Shown here one piece after another: positions 1-11,900 of a DNA stretch of 52,199 nt. The notes under the pieces are model-generated. The model was not told where the DNA came from and made no database searches. It saw only the letters and a program-made list of their open reading frames with translations. Numbering within the stretch: position 1 is the stretch's first letter; the number at the start of each line of letters is the position of its first letter. Source of the stretch: a virus (Duplodnaviria; Caudoviricetes); the IMG/VR virus record IMGVR_UViG_3300030059_002282, positions 1 through 52,199 of that record; one strand, given 5' to 3'. Both the position numbers and the translations under genes were made by a program.

Positions 1-99
1 ATGCCAACCTTCAGCCGATGCAGCCGATGGTATTTAGCCCAATGCTTTACCCTGGGTGCATCGTCAATGTACTGGTTGACTGCTGGGACTATGACAACA
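1..99. repeat. Terminal direct repeat copy 1 (identical to 52101-52199); circular assembly overlap
   Basis: atgccaacct...atgacaaca is identical at both ends. It falls inside a continuous ORF, and 99 is a common assembler k-mer size. Confidence 0.95.
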
Positions 100-395
100 T
101 CAACAAGGGTATCAGTCTCGGCCTACAAGGTATTCAGATTGTGGATTCTACTGCACCCGCACTACCGGTTGGTGCTGGAATGTCGTCAGGTGATGTGGCT
201 GCTGCGTTCGGTAAGCCTGCTCTCGCGGTTGTCCCTGCGCCTGCTGCTCCAGCACCTGGGTCCGGTCCGGCTGCTCCTGCTGCTCCTACCGGACCAGTTA
301 TGTTACCGGCTGCTGGTGGTCACAGTTACGAGTCATACCTCGGCGCTGGCTGGGACGATGCCAAGCTGATCGCTGCTGGATTCATGGCTGCTTAA
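1..395 (+). CDS. C-terminal part of ssDNA-binding protein (DUF2815-like); gene starts at 51764 and wraps across the ends (~243 aa)
   Basis: Frame of ORF 18..395 is continuous with ATG 51764 through the terminal repeat. Contains YPGCIVNVLVDCWDYDNINKGISLGLQGIQIV and a Pro/Ala tail; lies between exonuclease and polymerase. Confidence 0.8.
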   Translation, partial: ANLQPMQPMVFSPMLYPGCIVNVLVDCWDYDNINKGISLGLQGIQIVDSTAPALPVGAGMSSGDVAAAFGKPALAVVPAPAAPAPGSGPAAPAAPTGPVMLPAAGGHSYESYLGAGWDDAKLIAAGFMAA

Positions 396-414
396 CTCTT
401 GTGTTGACCTTCGG

Positions 415-437
415 ACCCCCTTAATTGGGGGTTTGTT
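415..437 (+). terminator. Hairpin after SSB (possible weak intrinsic terminator or processing site)
   Basis: accccc-ttaatt-gggggt followed by ttgtt. Confidence 0.45.
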
Positions 438-460
438 GGTACTAATGATCGGAGAAATTA

Positions 461-2476
461 ATGGTTGACTACATCTACGATACGGAAACCTATCCTAACA
501 TTTTCCTCATGGCGGTTAAGGAAGTCAATTCTGACAACCGCTGGATGTTTGAGATCAGCGACTGGCACGACGATCTGGAGGGTATCGTGGAGTGGGTGCA
601 GATGGCCCGACAGACTCAAGCCCGCATGGTTGGTTTCAACAATCTGAACTTTGACTACCCAGTGCTGCACAATCTGCTCACCTACCAGCTGAGTGATTCC
701 CATCAGATTTGTGATAAAGCCACTTCGATTATCCAGTCGAATGATCGGTTCGGTCATCTGATTTGGGACAATGAGCGGATCGTGGATCAGGTTGATTTGT
801 TCACCATCCACCACTTCGATAACATCGCCCGATCCACCAGTCTCAAGCTGCTGGAATTCAACATGCGTCGAGCACATATTGAAGACCTCCCATTCCCACC
901 CAACACCAAGCTGACCGAGGAAGAAGCTGTCGTGCTGCGTGAGTACAACTGGGAAGACATCTACGCCACTGAGGACTTCTATCATGAGTCGCTTGAGATG
1001 ATCGAGTTCCGTGAAGAACTGACCCGCCAGTACGGTCGCAACTTCATCAACGACAACGACACTAAGATCGGCAAACAGTTTTTCATCATGGAATTGGAGA
1101 AGCAGCGACCTGGGTCTTGTTACGACAAGTCGTCGGGCAAGCGTGAGATGCGACAGACGATCCGTGATGAGATACCACTGGCCGATGTGGTATTCCCATA
1201 CGTTCAATTTGAGCACCCTGAATTCCAGCGAGTGCACAACTACTTCCTCAATGAGACAGTCTATGACGCGAACGATCTGAAGGGTGTCAGCGCCACCATC
1301 GATGACTTCCAGTTTGACTTCGGCAAGGGTGGCATCCACGGATCGATCAAGGACAGCATCATCGTCGCTGAACCTGACGCACCAATCATCGACCTCGATG
1401 TTGCCAGCTACTACCCCAACATCGCCATCGTCAACCGGCTGGCCCCTGAACATTTGGGTGACACTTTCTGTGACATCTACCAGCAGTTGTACCTCGACCG
1501 CAAGCAGCAACCCAAAGGCTCATCGATCAACAAGATGCTCAAGCTGGCACTCAATGGTGTGTACGGTGACACGGGCAATAAGTACAGCCCGTTCTATGAC
1601 ATGAAGTATTTGCTGTCGATCACAATCAACGGTCAACTACTACTCTGTATGCTGGCCGAGTACGTCATGAAGCTACCTGGGTGTCAGATGATCCAGATCA
1701 ATACTGACGGCCTGACACTTAAACTGCCGAGGGACCAACTACCACAGCTGAAAGCCATCACCGATTGGTGGCAAGCATACACTCAGCTGGAGTTGGAAGA
1801 AGTCGAGTACAGCCGGATGTTCATCAGGGATGTGAACAACTATATCGGTGAGTACACGGACGGCAAGCTGAAGCGCAAGGGTGCATATGAGAACCTGCTA
1901 CCCAAACAGCGTAACCCTGTGGGTTGGCACCAGAACCTGTCAGCAATGGTCGTGCCGCTCGCTGCTGAAGCCTTCCTGACCCGTGGGGTGCCTTTACGCA
2001 GTTTTATCACCTACCATGAGGACATCATGGACTTCATGCTGAGAACGAAGGTGAAGCGGTCTGACAGGGTGGAGATCGATGAGGTGGAGCACCAGCGGAT
2101 CACTCGATACTTGGTCACTAAGTCCGGTGGATCGATGGTCAAAGTTTCACCACCTACTGCCGGTTGTGCGATGGGCCAGTGGAAGCGGGCCAACAGCCTG
2201 ACCGATCACTTTTATGAGTCGGTGCGTCTGGAGATCAGAGATGCCGGTCGAGGGTTGTCCGGTGCTGACATCGATGCGACTGGACACCCGTGGGATGAGC
2301 GAATCAACACCAAGAGCAGATCGAAGTACGAGACACGACGGACCGGCATCGATGTCGGCTGGGTGGTCACACCACACAATCGGATCGACGGTCCAATCGA
2401 CCGTGACACGATTAACTATGAATACTACATCCAAGAAGCCGCCAAACTGGTGGACCAACTAAAGGTGAAAATATGA
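461..2476 (+). CDS. Family B DNA polymerase with 3'-5' exonuclease
   Basis: Exonuclease motifs YDTETYP, GFNNLNFD, YNWED; polymerase motifs DLDVASYYP, KLALNGVYG, INTDG; RBS ggaga. Confidence 0.92.
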   Translation: MVDYIYDTETYPNIFLMAVKEVNSDNRWMFEISDWHDDLEGIVEWVQMARQTQARMVGFNNLNFDYPVLHNLLTYQLSDSHQICDKATSIIQSNDRFGHLIWDNERIVDQVDLFTIHHFDNIARSTSLKLLEFNMRRAHIEDLPFPPNTKLTEEEAVVLREYNWEDIYATEDFYHESLEMIEFREELTRQYGRNFINDNDTKIGKQFFIMELEKQRPGSCYDKSSGKREMRQTIRDEIPLADVVFPYVQFEHPEFQRVHNYFLNETVYDANDLKGVSATIDDFQFDFGKGGIHGSIKDSIIVAEPDAPIIDLDVASYYPNIAIVNRLAPEHLGDTFCDIYQQLYLDRKQQPKGSSINKMLKLALNGVYGDTGNKYSPFYDMKYLLSITINGQLLLCMLAEYVMKLPGCQMIQINTDGLTLKLPRDQLPQLKAITDWWQAYTQLELEEVEYSRMFIRDVNNYIGEYTDGKLKRKGAYENLLPKQRNPVGWHQNLSAMVVPLAAEAFLTRGVPLRSFITYHEDIMDFMLRTKVKRSDRVEIDEVEHQRITRYLVTKSGGSMVKVSPPTAGCAMGQWKRANSLTDHFYESVRLEIRDAGRGLSGADIDATGHPWDERINTKSRSKYETRRTGIDVGWVVTPHNRIDGPIDRDTINYEYYIQEAAKLVDQLKVKI

Positions 2477-2700
2477 TCAAGATACTGTGTGACATCTGTG
2501 AGAGTGAGGACGGTGCAGCATCCTGTCTGTCAGCCCGTGGCAGCATACTGTGCACCAAGTGCCATGTTGAGTATCACGACTTGGTGCGGGATGACTTTAA
2601 TGCACTATCGGTGGAGGCCACTGAAGTTGCACAGCGTGCGATGGTCACAATGAAGGAACGGATCACCACAAAACCCAGCAACGTTAGGTCGATCCACTGA
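2473..2700 (+). CDS. Small Zn-finger-like hypothetical protein
   Basis: CDIC and CTKC pairs; ATGA overlap with the polymerase stop. Confidence 0.65.
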   Translation: MIKILCDICESEDGAASCLSARGSILCTKCHVEYHDLVRDDFNALSVEATEVAQRAMVTMKERITTKPSNVRSIH

Positions 2701-3299
2701 TGAGCATGTATGAGACATTAGGTGTTGCGCCGGATGCTACCGCCAAAGAGATCAAGGCGGCTTACAGGCGACTGGCGCAGGAATACCACCCTGACAGACC
2801 TGATGGTGACGCTACCAAGTTCCTGCCCGTACAGGAAGCCTATGACACGTTAGGGAACGACAAGCGCCGTGAGCGATATGATCGGACTGGTGACGCGAGC
2901 GACATGAGATTTGAAGACCTTGTGCGCGACAAATTGATGCAGTTGTTTCAGAACATGTTGGTCAACGAGCAGGACATTGCCGGTGATGCGGTCGAGCAGA
3001 TGATGAAGATGATTCAGAATGGGATCAATGGCACACAGGACAACCAGCACAAAGTCGAGCGGTCTAAAGCTAGGGTCATTAAGCGAAGGGATCGGATCAA
3101 GTCCAGCGAGGGTAACACCAACCTGTACCGGCAGTTAGCCGATCAGCAGATCACCCAGTGTGACTGTGAGATTGAACGACTCGGTGAGGAAATCGATGTG
3201 CTCAATGAGGTGCTGGCGCAGATGGGTACTTATGAAGACGTAGCACCGATGGAGAAATACACATCAGCATACTACTCCACCGGCACCGCGACTGCCTGA
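2700..3299 (+). CDS. J-domain (DnaJ-like) protein with coiled-coil C-terminus
   Basis: YETLGV...IKAAYRRLAQEYHPDR...QEAYDTL...RYDRTG, with intact HPD motif. Confidence 0.9.
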   Translation: MSMYETLGVAPDATAKEIKAAYRRLAQEYHPDRPDGDATKFLPVQEAYDTLGNDKRRERYDRTGDASDMRFEDLVRDKLMQLFQNMLVNEQDIAGDAVEQMMKMIQNGINGTQDNQHKVERSKARVIKRRDRIKSSEGNTNLYRQLADQQITQCDCEIERLGEEIDVLNEVLAQMGTYEDVAPMEKYTSAYYSTGTATA

Positions 3300-3314
3300 A
3301 TTGGTCTCTTCTGG

Positions 3315-5900
3315 TTAGAAAGACCGCCATAATTCAAACCATATATCCCCCGTTAGCTTGAACTTCATATAATAGTTGGAGTTAAGGGCCGCATTAGCAC
3401 TTCCTTTTGTTCGGATTATCCCGCTATTGTATATAATAGTTGTATTGCTGCTGCCTCTGAAATAAATCTCTTGCCCCTCAAACCCTCCGTCAAAATCAGT
3501 CACAGATGTAGAACTTGAGTTGTTAAACTGAAAATATCTAGTTGAGTCGATGCCTGAGTTAGTTGTGACGTCCGGGGTTGTGTCACCGTCTGTAAAAACT
3601 ACGGGTTCACCAGCCAGCTTTTCGTCGAGCGAATCGTTGCCCTCCCAGTAATCTATCTTCGGGTTCCATAACGGCGCACCCGAGTTGCTTGTGACGGTTT
3701 CTAAATCATCCTCATCGAATATATTGTTGGTGATTTTCAAGCCGCTCATGTAACCACCATTAAGGGTGTACACGTCGCTTGAGTCCCAATCATCATCGGT
3801 TCCGCCTGATAATGTGGCCGTGATCGTCGTCGCTGTGTTCGCAGTAACTGTACCGCTAGACCCGTCAGTCACGTTGGTAATAGTCTGACCAATGAGCGCA
3901 CTCGCTAGGAATGCGGCTGTGCTGTCAGTTAATACCGCCGCATTTGCAGAGCCGTCGTGAGTACCCGACCAATCATCGTTGGTGATGTACACGTGCAGGT
4001 TGTGACCCTGGGTTCCACCGGCTCGAACGATATTACCCCTGACGATGGTGTTTAGCTGCTTACGGATCGTCGCAGTTACTGTGTACGGTTGCATCTGCGA
4101 TAGTGCCACCGCGCCTGTGACCCTGCCTGCATACCCGCCTCTAATGGTGTTGTTCGACACTTCATTGTCAGCGCAGTCTAAGTAGGCCCAAACGCCATCC
4201 GTTCCGCCCGATACCGAATCAGGATCGACTATTCCTGTCAGGTCGAAAACTGCCGATGAGGGTCTGCTAGCAGGCCAGTCGGACTGAACAGACACACCTG
4301 CGGAATAATAGTCCGCTATGTCATTACCGCTAATCTTGTTAGCAGACGACCCAAGCGCGATTAAGGCGCCATAGAGCGTTGATGCAGTCATCGTGTTATT
4401 GGTGACTACGTTGCGGTTGCTGCCAGCTTGGATGAGTACACAACCCTGCCCCCCGCCCGCTGGCCGAGTGGCTGTCGTAGACCGGATCATCTTATTACCG
4501 GACACAAAATTGTCATCACTACAGTAGCCAATCACGACGCCCGACGACAAAAAATCCTTACACATGTTAGACACAATCTCGTTATGGTTACATGCACCGG
4601 CCAAATAAATTGAGCGGTGATTCTGCCCTTCGCACTGATTGTGGGAAACAATATTATATGATGAATTCAACAGGTTGACCGCATAGCTGCCATCAGTCAC
4701 CACGTTGTCAGTGATAATGTTGCGCAGGCATGGCGAGGTAGCGGCCACCTGTACACCGCTGTTAGAGAAGTACCCGCCAAAGGCTGTCCCAAGACCTATG
4801 AGATCAATGCCTAGACCGCGCATAGTCGGTTCAGCGTACATTGCTATGTTGTTCTTTTTGACGATATTTCGACTGCAAGCACCCCAAAATAGAATGCCAT
4901 AATGGTTCAACGTGGCATGATTTGTGAATCCAAATATGCGGCTGTATTCAAAGAGGCAATCTGAAGATGAGTCTCCAAATATCGCAACTCTATCACCTGC
5001 TGACATATCAATTCGTGCGGAAATTCGCGCCAATCTAACATCGGTTCCAGAAAACTTTTCAGAGCCATCAAGCTCAATAATCCCCTCAGTGGTGCCGTCC
5101 ACGCCCGCAACACCAGTGCCTTTGATCGTGCCCCGAGTAAAATTAACACTTCTAATACCATTTTTAACGCGAACGCTGTTGATGGTGAATGTCCCAGGTG
5201 TGTCCTGTAGACTTTTATTTGCTGTTGCACAATATTCAAGTGCTGCTTGGATAGCCGCCGTATTTACTGCGGCTGATCCAGATGGCAGTGCGCCAAACTG
5301 CACAATAAGAGCATCCGTATCTACGACCTCAAACTGCCTGCCATCCAAGTCATAAAAATAACCATCTGTGTGCGGCACATTGGTTGCGTTACCCAACGTG
5401 GTCGTACCTGTGAATGAGAACTCAGTGCCTGAGTCTGCCGTCCGTGCACCGTCATAGTAATTACTTTTAATTCGGTGACCGGTGACAATGCCAGCATGTG
5501 AACTGGCTGCTATGCTGCTCGTGAATTCATAGACGGTCGTATTGTTAGGTATCGGGTTGATAGCAGTGAATACAACGTCGGTTGTACCAATCGCCAGTGT
5601 CCCCGTGAACGTCGCTTTGTAAAGCGAATTGGGTGCAAATACCAACTGACCATTGACTGCATCTTCCGAGTCATTCCAGTCAGTAGCTCTTGACCAGCTT
5701 GACGCTGCAGCATCATAGATACCATTCTCCGAACTGTCAGTCTGTCCGGCCACAAGCACCCTATCACCGGCCACAACCGCTGTGGTGCCAATTGTCTGTG
5801 CGCCTGACAGCGTAATGTTGCTTGTAGAAGCCACAACACATGGTGCCTTCACTGCTTCTTCTGGTGCAGTTCCCAGTCGTCCTGAATATGAAGTTGCCAT
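3315..5900 (-). CDS. Tailspike / receptor-binding protein with right-handed beta-helix (putative depolymerase)
   Basis: N-terminal virion-attachment motif NITLSGAQTI...GDRVLVAGQTDSSENGIY; Asn/Gly-rich beta-helix repeats (NIVKKNNI, NIITDNVV, NKISGNDI); last gene of the structural operon. Confidence 0.85.
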   Translation of the reverse strand: MATSYSGRLGTAPEEAVKAPCVVASTSNITLSGAQTIGTTAVVAGDRVLVAGQTDSSENGIYDAAASSWSRATDWNDSEDAVNGQLVFAPNSLYKATFTGTLAIGTTDVVFTAINPIPNNTTVYEFTSSIAASSHAGIVTGHRIKSNYYDGARTADSGTEFSFTGTTTLGNATNVPHTDGYFYDLDGRQFEVVDTDALIVQFGALPSGSAAVNTAAIQAALEYCATANKSLQDTPGTFTINSVRVKNGIRSVNFTRGTIKGTGVAGVDGTTEGIIELDGSEKFSGTDVRLARISARIDMSAGDRVAIFGDSSSDCLFEYSRIFGFTNHATLNHYGILFWGACSRNIVKKNNIAMYAEPTMRGLGIDLIGLGTAFGGYFSNSGVQVAATSPCLRNIITDNVVTDGSYAVNLLNSSYNIVSHNQCEGQNHRSIYLAGACNHNEIVSNMCKDFLSSGVVIGYCSDDNFVSGNKMIRSTTATRPAGGGQGCVLIQAGSNRNVVTNNTMTASTLYGALIALGSSANKISGNDIADYYSAGVSVQSDWPASRPSSAVFDLTGIVDPDSVSGGTDGVWAYLDCADNEVSNNTIRGGYAGRVTGAVALSQMQPYTVTATIRKQLNTIVRGNIVRAGGTQGHNLHVYITNDDWSGTHDGSANAAVLTDSTAAFLASALIGQTITNVTDGSSGTVTANTATTITATLSGGTDDDWDSSDVYTLNGGYMSGLKITNNIFDEDDLETVTSNSGAPLWNPKIDYWEGNDSLDEKLAGEPVVFTDGDTTPDVTTNSGIDSTRYFQFNNSSSTSVTDFDGGFEGQEIYFRGSSNTTIIYNSGIIRTKGSANAALNSNYYMKFKLTGDIWFELWRSF

Positions 5901-8900
5901 TAGTTATTCCTCTTTTTGCCGACTGTGACGGCTTTGTAAGGGTTCCATGTGTCACCCTCGTTTCCTTGTAAATACGAATCTGTGTAATCAATTGTGCGAA
6001 TGACCGTACCACTTAATGGGATTGGTACAATTGATGCTGTAGCTTCAGCTGCAACCTTGACCACTCGTAATGGTGTTGGTGCATTCTCGCTGTCTGATGC
6101 TATAAGTTTAATCAAATCAGCATTGTCCTCAATAGCACTTTGCAATACATTTTTTGGTGTAAACCCTGACATCACCTGTGCCACCAAATCTTTAAATATA
6201 GGTAATAATGCACCCATCTGCGCGGCATAGTTTTTAGCGGCCCACTTGATCCATTCTTCAGGGTCATCAATCTCATCCGGTATGTCCAAGATAATCACAG
6301 CAGCGAGCATTGACATCATGACAGGTACTGCAAATGTAGCGGCCAGTGAATTACCACTGATCATCTCCCGACCACCTCTTGTTTGAGCATACATACTGTT
6401 CAGCTGTGCGTTCCAGAACGATCCGAACATTGTGAACGTCTTGGTGAATTCACCCTGATTTGAGTTGTAAAGCATTCCCAAGTGCAGGTCCGATCCAGAA
6501 CCCACCGACTCACCGACCGATATATCAGCTTCTGAGACAGCCCTGCGGTGGTCACTATGCGCCTCGAAACTTTCGCGGTATTTTGCCAACCATACTGGGA
6601 ATGCAATTTGAGCGTCAACAAATGTCTGCGGCATAAAACCAATTTGGGTGAATGCAGCCCACAGTGCTGTTCGCCTATTGTGCACGGACATTTTAGTCAA
6701 AGTCTCATGAGTCTCACGGTTGACCAAGTTGGTCCTGTTTCTCATGAAGGCGGAATTCTCCAACACAAAATCTTTACTCTGTTCGGCGTTGCTCCACACA
6801 TCAATCAGGGCCGTCGTGAATTTACCAGTGCCTACCTCGTGCATTGCTCGCGGTAGGGCGCTGAACTGCTGCAAGATGTTGCGAGGACTACCAACCAAAT
6901 ACCGATAGGTCGCTGCCTTGCGTAAGTGTCTCATCATCGGTGCAATCATCGGTATTGAAGTTTTGTCAGGCGTGTTGTTGATGATCGATGTCAGTGTGTC
7001 CCTCAACGCTTTCTGGAAAGGCTTGCCGTGATACTTGACGATGGCAGCTTTAACATTCTTTCCATTCATAATCGATGCGATCTGTTTGCCATTCTCAGCA
7101 AATGCCATGAAGTGTATACTCTCGGCCATCGCTCGATGAATGTTGTTTTTATCCAACAACACAGCCTTACCACCTGATCCTTGTCGGGAGATAAGTGATC
7201 CAGTCTTACCCACCATCATAGTGGAGTAATGATGACTCTCTTGGTTGCTGATGTCCTCATCCAATGTATTGTAGAACAGACGCATGTGACCACCCGTCAT
7301 CTCAACGCCATTGATTAGGAATGGTGTGGGGTCTAACTTTTCAGGTGATGTGCCATATACATTCACAGATACTCTCGACAATTCATCCCATAGCGTTTCG
7401 TTCAACTTCCAAATTGAGTTGACCATCACTAGCTGTTGGGGTGTCAGATTTGACAGTGCTTTCATGACATCTTCTTCAGTCATGTTTCTGCCTTTCATGA
7501 GTGCTTCACGACTGCTTTCAGTACCCCAGTACACAGCCATCATGAACAGTTCTTCAGGGTTTAAATTTTCACGGGTGCCGTCAGCGTTCACATGGGCAAA
7601 ATCGTTACCGACAGGAATACCGTTCGCTCGCCGGTATGCTGTAGTGAACCCCATGCCTGACAGTCCTAATTTCTCAATGCCATCTAACTCGGTTTCAAAC
7701 ATCTCGTTCATTTTCATTGTCAGGTCTAGCTGTTTACTTTGTGCGTCTTCAAGTAAGTAGTTAATCATCTTATGAGCGATCCGTGGACCTTTGTCGTTGT
7801 GTCCATCCAGTTCACGCAGTAAGTTTGTGATCGACAATGTTAGGCTACCCAGGTGTCGGAACCGACCCCATCGCGATGGCTTGCTACCAGCGTCAGGATT
7901 GTCATCGATCACAACCTCTTCACCGCCGTTACTCTCAATGCTGGCTGCGAGTTCTTCTCTCTTGGCTAATATCTCATTCGATTTAACGGCTGCTTGCTGA
8001 CCACCCACATACCGCAAATGCTTCAGCTGATCGTACAACCCTTGCAACTCTGATGCTGTCAGTTCGTCGAACGTAGGTAATTTGAATTCAACATCTGGAT
8101 CATTGTATGCCTCCATCGCTTTAGCGAGGTTAGGGTCAAACGTAACCAGCTGGATCATGTCCATCTCGTTATCACCTGTCCGTGAACTTGTCTGACGGTT
8201 GAACCAACTCAGTAGTTTGTCCAGTGCGGCCTGTTGTGCTTCGGGGTTCTTGCCCATGTCATACACATTTGCCAAAACTTTATAGTTGGTGGCGTAATCT
8301 TTATCGACAATCTTAGGGTCATACGTTCGCTTTTGTGACGCCTTGACAGACTTGCGCTGTAGCTCCATTTGCTTACGCACCCTGACCGCTTCACGGTACA
8401 GGTAATGGTTTGCCAGTTGCGCCAACTTAGCTTCGTAGACTTCATCACCTTTAGCATTGACGGACCGCTTGGCCGCTCGGATTTCTGCACGGTAGTATTT
8501 GTTGGGTTTGATCTGACCATAGGTCATGGTGTCAATAATACGAGCAGCCTCAGCCTTCAGCAGCACTCTGTTGAACAACTGTTTGCGCTTGGGTTTTAAC
8601 GCCTTTAGTTCAGCCAGCAGCACTTTGGCCTTGGCATCGTTGTGCAAGGCTTCCTGAACCTCAGCATCGAGTGTTCCATCATTTCTAATGTCACCGTACT
8701 TCTCGATCATACGAGCCTCAGCAGCCGCGTCAGCAGCACTCTCGATGCTTGGCAAGTTTAGTAGGGTGTTGAGCATTTCAGGCACAGACGCAAACTTGTG
8801 CGCTTTCAGGTACGACGATGGCTCTTGTCCGGTGTCAGACCCTTTAGGTGCTGTTACCCGACCCCATCCTATGCTTCTAGGCATCTTACCGGTCCACTCA

Positions 8901-11900
8901 GGCATCGCTTGCAGAACCATCTCATAGTTCATGCGTGAGTCAGTCTCAACACCGTCTATGTCCGTGGTCTTCTTACCGGCCAAAAGGAGCATTAATTTAT
9001 AAGCGGGAGTATTTGACAGCCGTTCAATTTCTTCCTCAATGATAGGTGCTTTTTCTGCCTCCCACTCCTGGGTTTGTCGAGCGGCCAGTTCTTTCATCAG
9101 CTTAGTCTGCACCGTTTCGGTTGCTCGATTTATGACTCGCTCTTGCTCTAGCTGGTAGTCCTCCCAAGCTGCATCACTCATACCTGACTGATCAATGCTG
9201 GCGAACAAACCACCATACGCATCGGTGGTTGACGCCTCCAATATCGCTGCATCTGTGGCTAACATACTGTCGAACACTTGTTTAATTTCGTCGGTCAATT
9301 CGACATCAATTTCACTGTTGATATAATTGTATATTTTCTTCAGCCACGAACTGAAAAATGAAAAAGCGTCACGCAGTTCAACCGAGGGTGCTTTACCCTC
9401 ACGCATATAGTTCTCAAACGCACGGGACAGTTTCTCGTGCATCTCCACACCTTCAGGCGTAACAGCGGTGATCTGGCCGAGTTCCGTAGCACCGACAAAT
9501 CTCATCATCGCTTCATGGTGTGGCATGACACCAAATTCTTCAGCAAGCTGCTTTTCAAGTTCAACGAACAGGTGCATCGCTTCATGGACGAAGGTTGACA
9601 TGTTGGACGATTCAGTCAGCTTAATGACTCTCGATCCGTCCGGCATGATAATCATCTGACCTTGATCTTCCTGCGTCAGTGTCTGACGTTCGGCAAACTT
9701 GGCTTTCACATCATCAGTAATATCGATGACCCATTTGCCTGCTTCTGGTTTCTGGCTTTCAAACTGTCGCTTGTAATTGCCAATGTAGAACCTGACTTCA
9801 AGACCTTCAGCTGCTGCTTCTTTCAATCTATCATCAAGTGTCCTCTCGCGCATCTCGGCAACCATCTCGTCCTGTGTTATTTCACCGGCCTCAAGTCGTT
9901 CACCCATTTCTTCGGTCATGTCATCCATCGTTGTTGACCCAGGTGACAACATGACTGGTACACCATCCGGTATAACCAGTGATCCATCGTTGTTGACCCG
10001 TTCAGTGAATACGCCAGTGCCCCTACCGATGATTGATCGGGCATTTCCTTCGTCCATGCTCCACTCTTTACGAATGGCATCGAGTGTCTTAGTTTCATTT
10101 ATCGGACTGCCGTCAAGCTGAACATGACGGGCTTTCTGACCGGTCAGCTTCTTGACCATTGAAGGCATCTTCTGATCGTACTGTGCCCTGTAGTCATTGG
10201 CGGGTGACCAAATACCTTGAAGCGTTGTGTTGTCATTCCAAGCGAACGTGTCCGATCCGTTTTTAATGGCTTCACGGATCGCATACTTCAGAAGAAGGTT
10301 GATCCAGTTACTACCCTTATACGGTTGGTTAGGCACACCGAACTGTTCTGCGGCCAGCTGATTACTCAGTGCATCGTATTCAATTACCAGTTCTCTCAGA
10401 TCATCGAGCAACTTCTGATCGGCTTCCAATCTACCTCGCACACCAGTCGTTATGTCACCAGTCGGGTCGGCATCTCTAATGTGGTTCCAAGCAATCTCAA
10501 GGAACGCTTTCTTGTGATTATTATTATATGTTTGAGGATGCACGTCGTAAAACGGACCACCTTCATCAATCAATTCTTGTCTATGTTCAGCGGTGTCTGT
10601 TCTACTCATTGACGAATACAACCCCTCACCAACAGATGTCCATAATAGGATGTCAGGACTAAACGCAGTGGTGTTTGACTCGATTAGATCAAGAGCTTCT
10701 TCAGCGGTGTATTCTCTCAACGGGTCTGGTTGCACATAGACACTATCTAATAGTTGTTCAACCTGACCATAGATCAGTGCACGTTCCTCTTTGATGTCGT
10801 TGACGTTGGCACCACTTTGGTAACCCTCACCTTTTCGAGCTTTGGTGTCGATGTCAGATTGTCCTTCTTCCATCCGTGTTTCATTGTTAGGTCGGTCGGT
10901 CATGCGGGCGAAAGCGATGATGTCTTGTTCATCGCCAAAGTGGAGAGTGTTTGTGAAACTGCCCTGCATTGCTGGGAACTTCAGCTTGAGTTCGCGGTAA
11001 TTTTCAGAATCACCATCTGCGATGTACTCCGGCCATCGTGCTTGATTTTCAGTCGGCGCAGCTGGACCACCTTCACCAATGATAGTGCCGTAATCTCTTG
11101 CACCTTCTTCAGCTTCAATTTGTGCTTCACTGAGACTGTACGCACTATCTGATCCGACATCACGACCGGCGACAGTGACTGAATAACCGATGTCGTCATT
11201 ACCGTGGATGGTCACATCATCATCAGTGTTCTGTGCGCGGTAAGTTCGATATGGTTCTTCCATGTACTCTCGTTCAGCTTCTTCCTTAGCTTCCCGCTCA
11301 GCCTCATCACGAGCGGCTGGGGCGATCACATCCAAACCGACATGCTCAACGACTCCAGCCCAGTCCTCATTGGCGATCAAGTCTCTCAGCGTAACGTCGA
11401 AGTCCTCGTTCTGTCGGGTGGTTGTGGTGGTGTCTTGTCGTCGGAGAAAGACAACACCGTCGTCATTACTCAGCGAAGTCATTGCTCTCTCAACTACACC
11501 TTCAGCTTCTTCACGAGTTGGAAAGGTTCGTTCTTGGGCTGTCTGAATTCGCTCACCGTCTGATGCCCAAAATTGTGTGACCTTGAACTCACCATCTACT
11601 TCAGTGATGTCAACTCTGATTTCTTGGTCACCCTTGTCTTCTTTAGTGCTGTCTTCAATCGTTTCTTCCAGCCGATCAGTGAGTATATCGTTGTCTAGGT
11701 TGTCTGCTACCCATTTGTCAAAGTCAAACCACGGCGCTCCCTCAGTGGGGTCACGGTCATATTCATACATCCAATCGTCCACACGGTGGGTCCAGTTTTC
11801 AGAGTCGCCATCGATATGACCACTATCCCATTGGATACTCTCCCATTGAGGGTCTTCATCACTATCGACATCACGACCTGCCCTCGTCATTGTGACCACA

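Noticed and set aside
458-1510. 350-aa antisense ORF and the many other shadow ORFs opposite long genes
   Set aside because: Opposite-strand shadows of well-supported genes, with no recognisable motifs
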